Origin: Vicugna vicugna
Taxonomy: Eukaryota
DNA length: 64,000 nt
Assembly (NCBI GenBank): GCA_013265495.1
Contig: MU058451.1
Location: 2,022,167 to 2,086,166 of the forward strand
Direction: 5' to 3'
The notes beneath the pieces were generated by a model. It was not told the DNA's origin, did no database searches, and saw nothing but the letters and a program-made list of their open reading frames with translations. The position numbers were made by a program, and so were the translations under genes. Below, in pieces: positions 1 to 13,900 of this stretch. Within the stretch, counting starts at the first letter, position 1. Every line of letters begins with the position of its first letter.

Positions 1-1649
1 CTGTGTCCCAAACTATGTCCGGCATTCTACCTGGCATAGAGTAAGAGATTACTAAATAATAATGAAGGAATGAATGAATGAATAAGTTAGCCCATCACTT
101 GGAGTTACATTAGTCAGTTGCTCACCCATTTATAAGCCTCTTCGTGTTCCTCTATTTCAGACATCATTCTGTCTACACAGGTGACACCTGATGAATGTAT
201 CCCTGAATGCTATATTGTGGGACATATGGCTTAATATGAGAAGTCAGGTAGCCCCAGATGTGAATATTTACTCAGTTTACAGGAAACCATTCTTACCTTT
301 GTTCTGGGCAGTCAGTCCTTTGTGAGCAGATCTTGAAGCTGCAGGTCACGGACTGTCTTCTTGATAAAAAATAATGGCTCTTATTTAAGCCTGAATTAGT
401 CAAATGAGTCTGGGATCTAAAAAGAGAGCTTTATAAAACTCTGCCCACACTGTCACAGGCCACACTTCTCATAAACTTAATCAGTGAGCTGGGGCACATT
501 TTGCTCTTGCTTGTTGGGGTTTCAAAAGGGCAAACCCAATAAATCCACTCACATTTAAAGTGAGCTATTAGCCTGCAGTAGACACGGTGTGCCCTGAACC
601 GTCTGTCCAGCAGCAGCATTCCCACTTCAGTGCCTCCTTTTCCTCTGCATCAAATGAAGATGACATCACTACTGCTGTTTTCCAGATTGGAGCAGAGGAG
701 CAATGGCCACTACCTCTGGGTATATTCCAGTACTGCTTGACTATTATCTTCCTTTCATCTTTTACCTCACAAGGATGGCATAAGGGTTCACAGGAAAAAT
801 TCTGTCCAGTTCTTTGAAATGAATAACATAAACATGGCAGACATCCATGTCATCGATCAATGAAATAACAGTCTACAAGCCAATGGAGGTTATTTTGGTT
901 TTATTCTAGTTTTTTTAAATATAATTATTGCACATTCATGTTTTCCAGTCTAATAAGGGCCTTGTTATTAAGAGACTCTTTGAAGCTGTTTATTTTAAGT
1001 GAACATTTAAAAAATACTACCTTAGTGGCCTGAGTTACAGCTCAGATGGGAAGACATAAAATGCACTGTTCTGAATTGATCTGGTGAGAAAAGTAAAAGC
1101 ACTCAAAACAGGACGCTGGAGCATCAGGGGAAGAGCTTGTTTGTGCCAAAGGCGCACGTCTGTGTCCATGGCGGGCTCCATCCAGGCCTGGGGAGATGGA
1201 AGTGGGGCTCCTCCCTGCACCCCAGTCTCATGCTACCCACCACCAACCAAACCATCCTTCGATGGGATAGGGTGCCTTTCTTCTTCCAAAGTCCTCATTT
1301 ACCAAAATTAGAACTAGGCAGGTGGCCGGAATTGGGGGGGGAGGTGTCATACAGAGTAGAAGACATTGCTCACCCAGCAAGGTGACCCTCCAGCCCAAGC
1401 CAGCACCAGTCCTTTCACAGCCATAGGGAGGGAAAGAATCCCACTTGAGAAGCAGCCAGTGGTGAGAACTGGGGTGTGGTGCAGGTGCCCGCCTTGTGGG
1501 TGATGACAGCGCAGGACTGAATGGCCTTAGGAGGCAGGGAGCAGTGAGTCTGTACCTCATAGCCAGCAGGGGGTTTGGAGGGAGAAGCAGACCCCAGGAA
1601 AGCTCAGAGACTCTTGGAGGGTTTATCCACATCTGGAAGGGGACATGGC

Positions 1650-1915
1650 GGCAAGGCTGCATTTCGATTTTCATGGGACCCAGGAACTTTTGCCTTTGTG
1701 GCCCCTTCTTCCATTAAAAACATCTTTTAAATTATATTTTATGACTGCACTGGAGCAACAATGAATATAATCCAGGTTTGAGTCATTCTTCTGTATTAGT
1801 TTTTATATTCATTTCTTCTACTAATTTGAAATAAACTTAGCACAAAAGCATTTAGTGGCTCCCTAAAAGTATCATAGCCCTGGGCATGGTGCATGCTGTG
1901 TCTAGTGAACAAGGT
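1650..1915 (+). mobile_element. hAT MITE (MER96B-like)
   Basis: cttttgcctttgtggccccttcttccat...aattatattttatgactgc...gaatataatccagg...ccctaaaagtatc. Confidence 0.6.
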
Positions 1916-2024
1916 ATTCAAGTCAGGGGGAACCTGAACCTTCCTCATACTATATTCTCTTGAGTGGAAACAAGGGGTCCCAGAATGGGAAAGTGTAGGA
2001 AATGGTCCAGGGGTCTTCCACCTG

Positions 2025-2510
2025 TAAGCTGTCTGACTATGACCTTGAGAAAATTACTTTTTCTGAGTCTTGCCTTCCTCCTAAGTTGTAATTATGAGGA
2101 TTCAAAGGAGATAGATACAAAATACTTTGCCCCCCTCCTGTTTTAAAGCGGTGAGTAAATGGTAGCTAATGATAGTAAGAGCAAGCGTGTGATATATAGG
2201 AAGCCACTTAAATGGAGTCGAAAGATGTAGCTTCTCGTTCTGTTTGCTGTTTTTTTTTTAAACACACTAGCTATGTGACACTAGCATTTAACCTTTCTGA
2301 GCCTTAGTTTCATCTGTAATAATATCCACCCTGCCAACCCAACCTGACAGGATTGCTGAAAGAATAAATCAGATAATGGATGTAGAAGCATGTTTATTAT
2401 AGATAAAAGCATTGCATTCAGGGATTATTGTTGAAAATTAGGTAGAAGAAAGTGTACGGTGCCTAGCACACAAAATCCATTCAGCAGATGTTTATTGAAT
2501 GAATGAATGT
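2025..2510 (+). mobile_element. MIR fragments and L2 3' end
   Basis: atgaccttgagaaaattactt...tctgag; tttaacctttctgagccttagttttcatctgtaa; tgcctagcaca...tgaatgaatgaa. Confidence 0.65.
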
Positions 2511-5500
2511 GTCACAAAGCTTTCAACTTTGGACACACTGAAATCTCCACTGGTGTGCTTAATGGTGAAAAGCATTGCAAAGGCAGCTCAAGACAAAAGT
2601 AACAAATATTTCACGTGAGAAGGAGGTTCTAACTAATAATCCTTAACTATAACTTTCACCAACATGTAAATACCTTAGATTGCAGGCTTCTGGGAAGCAC
2701 ACTTTATTTGTATTTTTGTATCTTCAACACCTCCCATCCCAGTGTTGATACTCAGCCAATGCTTGAAAATTGAATTGAGTTTATCCAATAGGACTTGCTC
2801 CTGTAGCCAGTCTTAATCTCTCTTCATACTGAAATATTCGTAACTGCATTCTTTCCCCCAAGTTCTTGCATTGCTATTTGTGTAAAACTCTCAAATTAAG
2901 GGCTTTCAACAACTATTACTTGGATGAATAAATTAATGTTTCCCACTGTAGTTTTATTTTAAATTTGTGTTGCTAACCATACAGCTAGCAGATGCTTGAG
3001 AAAATATACTTTTGTATTGTGGGAGATAAAATAGTTTAAACTCCTATGGTACCTTAATCAAATCAGACTTGAAAATTCCACTCATAATTCTTGCTTGGAT
3101 GAATCACCGTACAAGTCCATTGTATCTTAGAGAAGAATCATGACCAAATCTAGGAGTATCTGATTGATGGGACCAGTCCAACATGCCCTCTTCCCAGCTT
3201 TGGAGGGCAGCCCTCCCATGTCCAAAAACAAAGTGCTCAAGTGTAAAGAACTCTCCTGCCAGCTTGTCAGCATCACACAGCCTGTTGCATCTTTGAAGCT
3301 GTGACCACTTGTTTGTTACAAGAACGAATGTCTCTGGAGAAGGAGTGTGGTGCATTTTGTGAAAATTGCTCCTTTTGGCAGCATCTGAGAATAAATTGGC
3401 ATCTCAGCAGTGCAGCTGTGACTATAATTGACTGAAGTTCTCAGCAGAAAGGGCACTGACCATCTTTCTCAGGCAAATAGCTCTGTCAGAAAATCCTCAT
3501 TCCAAATACCTCACCATCAGCCTTTAAAGGTAGATCTTTCACTGGCTTTCTTTGATGTGCATCTTCTACAGTTTTATCCTTTCCTCCATCAGTTCTAATG
3601 TGGTGGTTCTTGTGTGTGCAGTGGCAGAATCCCTAGATAGTCTCTTGGATGTTAATCAGTTTTTGTTTTGGGGGGAAAAAATTGAAAGGAAGTCTTTTGA
3701 TTTCATTTATCATCTGTGGAGGTTTCCATGACTCTTGTGTCTGTCCTGAAAATGATTGTCCCTAGTAAATTGTCCTGAGTGGTACATAATACTTAATGAT
3801 AGCAAGATGTTCTACATGGAACAGAGAGCAGCTTTTCAAAACAGAAACTGTTACCCTTGCATGAAAGGACATAAAGTAGAAATGTGGTCTTCATCCTGTG
3901 CCTAACCTCATCCCATTAGCATAAAGCAGTTCAACTCTCAAGAAGGAAAGAAAGTCCTGGCAGAGAATCTTCTAAAATATGCAAGGAGGTTATCTTCCCT
4001 GCAGACCACAACGTTTATATTTCTCCGTGTGGGCCAGCTCTGTTCTGCATCTGTTTGAAGAGTTGTATCTCTTGCATAGATTGAGTGTATCTGCATATTC
4101 CTTTTGGATCCCCAGAGCCTCTCCAGGCACATAGTAGGAACTCAAAAAGTGTTCACTGGCTGAGTGAATCACATAGACTCAGCTGTGTGCCCTGAATTGG
4201 CAACACCCACACTTGGCCCAACACAAGGTCAAGTTCTACCCTCTTCCTAGACTGCTCCCCTCAGACACTTCCACATTCCACCATGCCACAAAAAGGATCT
4301 CAGTGATGACTGTTGTCTTTAAAACACTCATTTATTAAAATCCAAACTTGAAACTGACCTAAAATGGCCAGCACTTCCAGGGAGACATTTCCTCTTCCTC
4401 CCTAGATGGGGGGACCATGCACCATGCAGGTCGAGCCAGCTTCATTTCTCTGTGAATTCTGGGCCACCCTCCCCGCAACTGTGTAGCAGAACCAACAGAA
4501 AGGACCCTAGTCTTAGAGTCAATACCACTTTGAAGCCTGTCTCTGACATATGCTTTGCGGGTTTGGATTTAAAACACAAAAAACTTAACCTGGCTAAATT
4601 GTGTTTTCTCATAATTGGAATAATAAATACAGTGCCCCCACCTGTACCCGCTGGAATGGGATTAGGTGAGAAACACAGAAGTGCCTGATGCAGAGTGGCT
4701 TCTCAGTGACTGTTCATGATTCTACCCAGGGGCCTCTGGCAGGGCCAGCTGACCACCAAGAGATCAGGAGCCTATGATTGACAGTAATGAGTTGCATGAC
4801 AAAAAGAGGAAGGAATAATCGGGTGTTCAGTGATCGTGTGACAGCAACGGGGAGGGAGATAATGATGCAGATCTATGAGCCTACACGACGTGGTGGGGAT
4901 GCTCCCCACCCCACCCCCAACACACACACACACAAGGGTCTTTCCATTTAGAACAAAGGGAAGTCCATAACTTCCTCTGGAAGTCTCTGGCGGTCCTGCG
5001 AGGGATGGGGAGGCAGAATGAGGTACCCAGTCCCCACCCAGGTGGTACCCATAGCCCATCTACCTTTCAGGGAGCCAGAGCCTCTTCTCCTACGGATTTA
5101 AACTTCTCCCATAGACCAGCATTTCCTGAAACTCCTGTTTTCTGAGAACATAATGTGTTGCTTAGTTTTGACAAATTTGGTATTCCGTGAAGTATACATA
5201 ATGTAGGTAGCGTTTTCCTTATTTCCAGCGGAAGCATCAAAAGGCAAGTGTGGACTCGCTTACTCAAGCTCCTTCACATCTTCAGTTTAAAATGAATTAG
5301 GGTTATTTGCTCTTTTGTCTGTTGGAGGCTGTCTTTTCCTTTAACTTTTTACCTTTAGTTTGTATAACTCTCATTAAAAAAAAAAATCTTTACCACTGCC
5401 CAGAGTAATTTACGAACCATCGTAGGTGACGTGGCTCTGCCCAGAATGATCAGGATTAATTGGAGACATTCCACAATTATTGAGAGTATCTTAAAATGAA

Positions 5501-6332
5501 ACTGAAAGCCATCCTGTTCCAGCCACTGATGAACACAGATGTGCCAAGAGCTCTCCCAGCCTGCCGGAGGTGGTCCTGAGCAGAACGCACCCCCTGGGAC
5601 TTCCTGACAGACTGTTGGCGAGTCTGGCTTCCACCCAGTGTGCATGCATAGTAGCAGAGCCAGCTTTGGGGGCCCACCCCAGCCCTTGCCTGTCAGTAGT
5701 CTATCATCTCAGCCATGGAGAGGTGGATGCAAAGACCTATAGGAAGGAAGTTGTTCAGAGGCAGGGCCGCAACAGGACCAGCTAAGCAGATGAAATGTCT
5801 ACATTGTGGGTGAGGCTCTTGTTTGGCTGCTGGAACCAAACATCTGTCACCGTCCTGCGGGGCCCAGAGGCCCTCATCACCTCCAAGTCAGGAACAGGAG
5901 GGGGCGGGGCCCCACTGTGACACCATCTGTGTGCCAGGGACTTGGGCCAAAAGACCTGGCACACACGGGCTTAATTTCACTCCATCCAGTCTGCAATGGG
6001 GAAAAGTCTCAGAATACATGAGCAGAATTGTCATCCTCTCTCACTTCCCTAACCCACCACCATCTCCAAAAACCACACAACTTATCATCTGCTGCTTGCA
6101 GGAGCTCTGCTGTCCACCTCTGATCTTAAGCTCACCTCCTCCAGAGCTGCCCTCCTAAGAACAGTAAGGGATGGCATTACTGTCTTTTTCCAGGAAGGAG
6201 CATGCCTGTCCCCTGGGCCCCTGCTGCCTCATCTGCCACCACCCAGCTAGGGACCTCCCCCAAGAGGGGTCAGATGACATGTGATCACCCAGGCGAGGAG
6301 AGGACACGCACATCTTCCGAGTGAAGGGAACC

Positions 6333-6490
6333 TTACTCCTCAGGGTGCAGCCCACGGATCGGCAACATCAACGTCACTTGGGAGCTTGACGGCTCTGCAG
6401 CATCTCAGACCCACCCACGCACACAGAATCAGAATCTGCACTTTCACAGGATCCGCGGATGGTTCCCCATGCACGGCCAAATCCAAGAAG
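6333..6490. mobile_element. hAT-Charlie MITE (MER5-like)
   Basis: tcacttgggagcttg...catctcagacccacc...gaatcagaatctgcacttt. Confidence 0.6.
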
Positions 6491-7589
6491 CCGAGATCAG
6501 ATGTGTGATTATTCTATATTAACTTCAAGTGGAAGGAACGCTCTACTTACTCCAAATCTTAGAAAGAACAGTAAAGAGACCCTAATATCTGTAGACGGGA
6601 AAGCACAACTACACAGAAGTTGGTTGCTAACGTTAGCAATATTTATGCACAACTCTAACTACCTTTGCCTGGCCACTGGCTCGGAAAGGTTCTGGAGAAT
6701 AAAGCCTGTGTTTCTTAAGTAGAAGCACCCAGACAATGGAGAGGGTGTTTCCTCGGACTCCTGTCCACCCTCGGAGCAGGAGGAGGCCCGGCCCCTCACT
6801 CCTACCTTCTGCTGCAGCCAGAGAAGAGCTAGTGAAAACCACTTGGAACTTCCCTGTCACTCAGAGGCCATTAATTTTTTACTAGATGAAAAGTACTTTT
6901 TCCAAAAATAAAACCCGGAGTTATCATTTCAGTAGGCTGGGGAAATGTACAGCTCCTTATTATAGCTGCGAATGAGAGCAGTTCCATAACAGTTCTAAAC
7001 TTCTTCTGATTCTACAGTCTTCTCTTCTTAGCAGGAAAACAAAAAAACAAAAAACAAAAACATAGTAAAGGGCTCAGGTGCCCTTTAGACCCTCAGGCAC
7101 ACCTGTGCCCAACAGCGCACTCGACAAACTCCTAGAGCATCACCATCCTTCACATACGATTCCTCGATTCCTCCCATGTAACCGCTCAGTGTCCCCCCTC
7201 CCGCCCCACCGACCCCTCTGGACCTCGGTTTTCCCTTTGGCAGTGAGCTGTTAGAAAAGCTCAGATGCCTTCAGGGGCCTCATGGAATGAAAGTGGGGGA
7301 TGGGGAGTGAGGAGGGGGCTTGCAGCACAGGGAGAATGTAACATGAGGACATGGACCATCGCTAGGTGACCATCCTAGCTCCTTCGGTGGTCCTGTTTGG
7401 ATGTCACAAAGCTGACACAGCACATCTTTTTGTTATCTTTGTGCCAATTCTTTAGGGCTGAGTATGCGCGCGTGCGTATGTGTTCATTACTACCCTGCAC
7501 CTGTAGTTCCTCTGCAACAGGGGGCAGTAATGAGACCCAGTGGTGGATCCTAGGAGCCAGCTCTTTGTGGATTCCAAACAAGACTGTCA

Positions 7590-7976
7590 GCTAGCAGAGA
7601 TCCCCAAGGAGCGGCTTGTGTATGTTTTTTGTTGTTGTTTGTCCTACACAGTATTTTCAGAAACGTTTGAATTACTTGGAACATTTAAAAATCAGGACAT
7701 TTCAGATCTTTTTTTTTAATCCATATTTCTGACTTCTCTTGAATTGGAAAAAATCTGATGACACTCACCCTCATTTCCATGTGGCAACAATCAGCTAAAT
7801 TTGTAGCCACTCCCCAATTTAGATGCCCTCTCCCATTTCCCACCTTAGATGCCCTCTCCCATTTCCCACCGTCCCCTCCACTCCCCAGAGGCTTCCGCCT
7901 GCCCTTGCCTCACTCCTGATTCACTCCTGATTATGACTCACCTGGGCCCAGAAGGCATTTCCGTTTCCAGCCCCTT
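7590..7976 (+). mobile_element. hAT-Charlie element (MER102-like) with an internal 26-bp tandem duplication at 7819-7870
   Basis: aacatttaaaaatcaggacatttc...ttctgacttctcttgaa...tggcaacaatcagct...aggcatttccgtttccagcccc; ttagatgccctctcccatttcccacc x2. Confidence 0.65.
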
Positions 7977-9336
7977 TTTACAGCCTGATGCAAAGCTGGG
8001 CTCCCAGTCGGGGCTGGTGTGTGAGAGGCCAGATGGCTGAGAACATGGCTGGTGGGAGGGTCCACTTGATTTGGTTTACAAAGCACTAAAATGTTTCTTT
8101 ATCTCAGAACATTAGGTTTAAAAAAAAATGGAATGCACTGAGAAGAAAATGAAGCCACTGGGTAGTGAAACTACATAGCGATTAAATCGGGATCCAGCCA
8201 CCAACAAACATCAAATGGCAGTTTAACTAGCGGGTCCCTCTCGCTGTCAGTCCTATACTGGGCATCTCCCTGGCTCCAGCCTCCTGTCGGGAATGTTCCG
8301 CCATCCATGCTGTGTACCATCTGGGTGCAGGCCCTTTACATCCTCACTGACCTGGCTACCAGGATGCTCTCAGCCTCTCAGTTTACTCACTGCCCCTTGT
8401 AGCTACATTGTGCTTTAATTGTAGATTTGTTACTGTTCCTTTGTTTTAATCTTTATTATTAATTACTTCCGATCGAGAGAAAAGAACTGAGGACGACATA
8501 ACCTACCTGCTTTCCAGCTTGACTGAAACCTACACATGGCTCCCTGGCTCCAGATTCTTTTTTTTTCTGAGGAACAAAATCGTACAGAGCCCACCCTCAT
8601 CCTTTTCTCTCACTTCCCAGAGGTTAACCAGCAGCCTAAATTATCCTTCTCTTGCCTTATTTAAAATATGTTTTTTAGATTTAACCGTCTGATACCGGTT
8701 CCTTTTTAAATGCTAGGTAACGTTCCCCTGGAAGATGGATTTTAAGCTCTTCTTTTCTTGATGGGCGTACAAACTGTTTCCTCCTCGTTGTTGTTACCAG
8801 CAATGCTGCAGTGAATGTTCCTGTATCTCTTCCTACACACACGTGTACAAGTCCCTTTATACACCTGGAAGTGGAATTGTGAGTCACAGAGCAGCACTTT
8901 TTTTACCTTTATTTTCTTGCCAAATCCTTCTCCAAAATGACTGTGTTGATTGGCTCTTCAGCAACCACAGACCTAAGAGAGCTTCCTTTCCCTGGCTCTT
9001 TCCCCCGACTTGGCCTTGTCAAGGCTCTTAATTTGGGCCAATCTGAAGGTGAAATGGCATCTTGTCATCGTGTGAATTTTTGTTTTTCTGATTACTGGGG
9101 AGTTTGAGCATCTTTTCATGTGTTCAGGGACCACAGGATTGTCCCATACTATGAACTGCTTACTCACTGATTTTGCACTCTTTTTTTTTTCCTATCAGAC
9201 TGCTTTCTTTGTATTAACTTGTAGCATGCTTTCTAATTTCAGTAACAAATTGTTTGAAGGTTATATGCCTCACAAATGTCTCCTCCCAGTTTTTTTCCCC
9301 TCTAATATGGAGTCTTTTGTTTTAGAGAGGTTTTGA

Positions 9337-9657
9337 TTTTTTTTTAATGAAAGAAAAAGAGTCTATTAACATGTGCAGTGCACACACATGTGGGAAAAAC
9401 TCAGTGAGGGGAAACTCAAAGGGGTGGTTAGAACTTGGGGCTTACATAGTGTCTTAACAAAGATCAGAGAATTTATAGAGAAGTGACAAGAAAAAGGAGA
9501 AGGGGCCCCTAAAGGGACAAGAAACTGTGGAAAGGTAAGCATATGGGGGAAACTAATGGAAGATACGGGTTGTTTTAGTAAGATTCATTATGCAGGTTCC
9601 TCTCCCTTCTTCTCTAGACTAGTAACAGTCTAGTGGTGTCTCCCATGGTTAAGACTC
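9337..9657 (-). mobile_element. ERV (ERV1-like) LTR U3/R fragment retroposed as a polyadenylated transcript
   Basis: T-run at 9337-9345, degenerate minus-strand poly(A) signal (AATAGA, 9362-9367) 16 nt from the tail, 11-bp TSD agaggttttga at 9326-9336 and 9658-9668. Body resembles ERV1 LTR sequence (family from memory). Confidence 0.65.
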
Positions 9658-10076
9658 AGAGGTTTTGAATTTTAATATCATCCAGTTTGTTAATATTTTC
9701 CTTTATGACTTATGCTTCTTATGTCTTATTTAAGAAATAGTTCCCTTCCTTGAGGTCATAAATACATTTTCCTGTGTTATTTTCTACAGGTTTTAAAGTT
9801 TTACTCTCCACTTTTAAATCATTGATCTCACCAGAATTTGTATCTGTCAGGAAATAGGAATCTCTTCATTTTCCACTTTTATTGAGGACTTAATTTTTTT
9901 CCACACCAATCTGCCATATCACCTCCATCACACATGTATTTTTATATATGTTTGGGGCTGTTTCTGGACTCTCTGTGCTGTTTCATTTGTTCTTTTTCAT
10001 CCACCCCACATTGCTATCACATGCCTTAGTTACCAAGGAAGGCTTCATAACAGTGGCAACTCCAACTATTTTTTGT

Positions 10077-10206
10077 TTGTTTGGGGATGGGAGGTAATTA
10101 GATTTATTTATGTATTTATTTGTAATAAAGGTGCTGGGAATTGAAGCCAGGGCCTCATGCATGCTAAGCATGCACTCTACCACTGAGCCATTCCCTTCCC
10201 CACCAC
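10077..10206 (-). mobile_element. tRNA-Ala-derived SINE (camelid Vic-1-like)
   Basis: Reverse complement has A/B-box tRNA head and tail. 17-bp TSD ctccaactattttttgt at 10060-10076 and 10207-10223. Confidence 0.9.
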
Positions 10207-10249
10207 CTCCAACTATTTTTTGTATTTCAAACTTATCTTAGCTCTTCTT

Positions 10250-10429
10250 TTTCTTTTATTGCAATACAGTTGACATACAGTGTTAGTTTCAGGGGTACAA
10301 CACAGTGATTTAACATTTAAACACACTACAAAATGATCATCACGATAAGTCTAGTAACCATCTGTCCCCAGCCAAAGTTATTTCACTATCACTGACCATA
10401 TTCCTTATGTGCATATTACATCTCCATAA
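10250..10429 (-). mobile_element. LINE-1 3' end fragment
   Basis: ttttattgcaatacagttgacatacagtgttagtttcagggg...; short TSD ctcttctt. Confidence 0.75.
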
Positions 10430-10695
10430 CTCTTCTTAACCTTGTGCTCTTCGGTGAGAATTTTAAGATCAGCTTGTTGTATATCATGAGGATCTCTACT
10501 GGGATTTTGTTTGGAATTGCATTGCTATAAATTAATTTGGAATTTTGTTTTAAAGAGATTCTTGTATAAGGTTAAGGAAATTTCTTTTTTATTTGTGGTT
10601 TGGTAAGAATTCTTAATCCTAAGTGAGGGTGGAATGCTATCAGATTTTTTTCTGTCTACTGATACGATCATATGTTTTATGATATAACCTCTTTT

Positions 10696-10995
10696 TTTAT
10701 TGAAGCATAATTCGTTTACGTTGTGTCAATTTCTGGGTACAGCATAATGTTTCAGTCATCCATATACATACATATATTCTTTTTCATATTCTTTTACATT
10801 ATAGGTTGCTGCAGGATATTGAATATAGCTATACAGAAGAAATTTGTTGTTTATCTATTTTATATATAGTAGTTAATTTTGCAAATTCTCAAGCTCCCAA
10901 TTTATCCCTTCCCATCCTGTTTCCCCCCAGTAACCATAAGTTTGTTTACTATGTCTGTGAGTCTGTTTCTGTTTTGTAGATAAGCTCATTAGTGT
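10696..10995 (-). mobile_element. LINE-1 3' UTR fragment
   Basis: Typical artiodactyl L1 3' end. 17-bp TSD atgatataacctctttt (10679) / atgacataatctctttt (10996), 2 mismatches. Confidence 0.85.
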
Positions 10996-13900
10996 ATGAC
11001 ATAATCTCTTTTAATCTGTTTTTTATATTTTATTAATATTTCATTAATAGATCTTAAATATTAAACTATGCTTGCATTCCTTGAATAAATTCTCCTTAGT
11101 CATACATACTGCTCAACTAATTTGCTAATATTTTACTTAAGAATTTTTCATTTGTATTTGTTAAATGAGATTAGTCTATGATGTCCTTGTACTTTCTATT
11201 CATTTTTATTTGTTAGTCAAATGAGTTGGGTAGCTTTCTCTTTTCTGTTCTTTAAAATAGTTTCTATAAGAGATTATTTGTTACTTGAAGATTTGTTAAG
11301 TGTCACATATAAAACCATTTGGACTTTGTGTCTTTTGGGCAAAGTTAAGCCTCTGTTTACTGATTTCAGTTTCTTTAGTAGTTGTTGGTGTAGTCAGACT
11401 CTCAACTTCTTCTTGAGTCAGTCTGGTATTTCATTGTTTCCTAGAAAATTATCCATTTTATCTTAGTATTCAATATTATTGGCATAAAGACGTGCATTAT
11501 AATACTTTATTTTTTTAATCTCTACTGTATCAGTAGTTAATCCCATTATAATTTCAGTATTTTTCTATTGCTATTTCTACTCCCCTCCTCTCCCAGCCTT
11601 TCTTTGTCCTGCCTCTTTTTACTTTTTCATTTACACATATCATCACAAAGCTCAACTCTGAATAGTAATTTCTTCTGCTACAAGTTTGAAATTATAATTG
11701 ATTTCTGAGATGGTGAGTAGGGCTATTTCTAAATATGCATGATTTTAGGTAGCATGTACTGCCAGAAAAATTGTCTCTTGGTATTTTAAATTCCTGTTTT
11801 CCCTGGAATTTTTCTAATTCTGACTAAAGACATCAATTTTGCAGCTTGGAGTCCAGTCAAACCCCATCCCCCAAATCTAGGCCTTCTAAACTAGCTGTTT
11901 GGGAAGAAAAAAAATTTTTTTTAGCCTTCCCTACTTTGATATCCCACAAATTATCTTTCCCTATATCAGAAATCATTTTAATTGCTACATTTCATATATC
12001 TTACGTTAGTGTTTTGATTAAACTTATTAAGAGAAATATATATTCCTTTTTAGATATTTTTCATATATTCTCATGCTTAACTACAAAGAAAGCCTGAGAG
12101 CGTCTTCGCTTCTCTCCTAATCTTGGTACCCTACCCTCCCACCCTACACGCCCTCCCCAGCTCAGCATCATCACCTTGTAGAATCTGGAGACTGTTTCAC
12201 CTCAAAGTCCCTGCCACTTTTCCATGATCCCAAAGGCTGCCCTGTCTCAGTCTCTCTTTCGCTTTCCTGGAAACCGCAGAGAAGAGCAAATCCAACAGAA
12301 AGAGGGTGAGGGAGTGAGACAACATTCCTCTGGCAGTCTTCTGGCTCCCGGCCAAAAGTTCTACTTCCAGAAATCTCCTTTCTTTCCTAGACTGTGTCTC
12401 CCCACCAGGAATTAGCCATAAAGCATATTTCTATCTGGGAAGCATAAATCCCCACCCTCCACTTTTCTTGGCTCAGAAAGAGATACTTTTTTCCAAAGCA
12501 ATTTCTCTTAAGAAGGGAGCAGGGCTGCCTGCACCTCTGAGCTCATCTGGCTTGTCCCCACAGAGCCTACAGCCGCCCCGACTCTGGTGGGGTCACTGTC
12601 CTTGGCCCTGCCCCTGGCAATGACGTTCACAGGCTGCCTCAGAAAGTTTCCAGTGGCCCAAACTCTGTCAGCCAAACAAGACAGCAGCGATTTCAACAGA
12701 TAATCAGCTTTCATCCCAGTGGCAGCTGGCACATTGGGAACAGTCAGTAAATATTAATCGATAGCTATCCAGTGGCACTGAAGAGAGAAAAAAGAATAAT
12801 CTCATGGCTTAACCGAGGTCACATGAAACAGATGCTGGGGCCCCCCCTCGTTTTCAAAGGACGGTCCTTGTTCCACTAGCTTGAGCTGCTCAGGCAGGGG
12901 AATCTGCCCCGGCCCAAAACCTTTTGCTTCCGCAGGCAAGCTCTCCAGGACGACGGACGTGTTCTGCCTCTGGTTGATCTGTATTAGTGAACGAGGATTA
13001 TTCAGGATACCCTACGCCAGCCTTATGAGAATTTTCTATAACTGTTTTCTGAGCCATCAAATGAGGGAGCTGAAGCAGGTCCTGACTGTGGACCTTGAGA
13101 TGAAACCACAGCATCCGCCAATACCTCGATCCACCCTGAACGACCTATTTGTTTAATACAAATACAGCCCAGTATTGCATCTTGTACAGTTTTCTGTATC
13201 TGAAAATTGGTCATGCTGGTGATAGATCTGGACTACTTAGTGAACAACCCTCTAAGAACTGAAAACGATGGAATGTATTGTTTGAAAACACAGAAAGCAG
13301 AAACTTTACTGAATGGCATAGTAAGTTTAGTCTGTTTGCGTGGAGGAGGGCCTGACATGGTCTCTGACTTCCTTGGATGATCCAATTTCAAGTAGTCTAC
13401 CTTTGTTGAGCATGTCAGGAGATGAGCCCAATCTCTAGCCAAGAAAGGAACCAGGGCTTCTGATCAAGAGCCCCTGTCCATCTGGCTGAGAGGATTTGCC
13501 CCGCCCCCTGCATGTAGGCGGAGTTGAAGTCCGGCTCCAGAGATGCTTCCAGCTCTACTTTCCTAAGTGCTTTACTCTCTGACCTAACTGATCGCCCCTC
13601 TTGGCTCTTACTCCCTTATGCTCCACCGCACAGACAGGACTCAGCTCAACCCTGCCCTAGCTTCCCTCACTCAGTCGTGTCCAGCTCTGAAACCCAGTCC
13701 TAGGCCGGGGCTCTGGACTTCCTCTCTCCCCAGAAGGGAAGTTGGGATGTGCACAGGCGGGTGAGAGAGAACACACCATCACAGTTCTCCTTCAGCCTGT
13801 TTCGTGGTTCCCGGAAGTGTGCTCTTTGGAAGGTACACCCAATAAACATAGCCTGCCTCACACCACTTGGCTGTCTCATTTCCCCAGATTGATGCTCCTT

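Larger units (their letters stand above)
8420..11570 (-). mobile_element. Old fragmented LINE-1 (L1M-type ORF2/3' region) interrupted by at least four younger insertions
   Basis: T-rich antisense L1 phrases; degenerate ORF2 peptide HMKRCSNSPVIRKTKIHTMTRCHFT in minus ORF 8973-9167. Confidence 0.75.
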
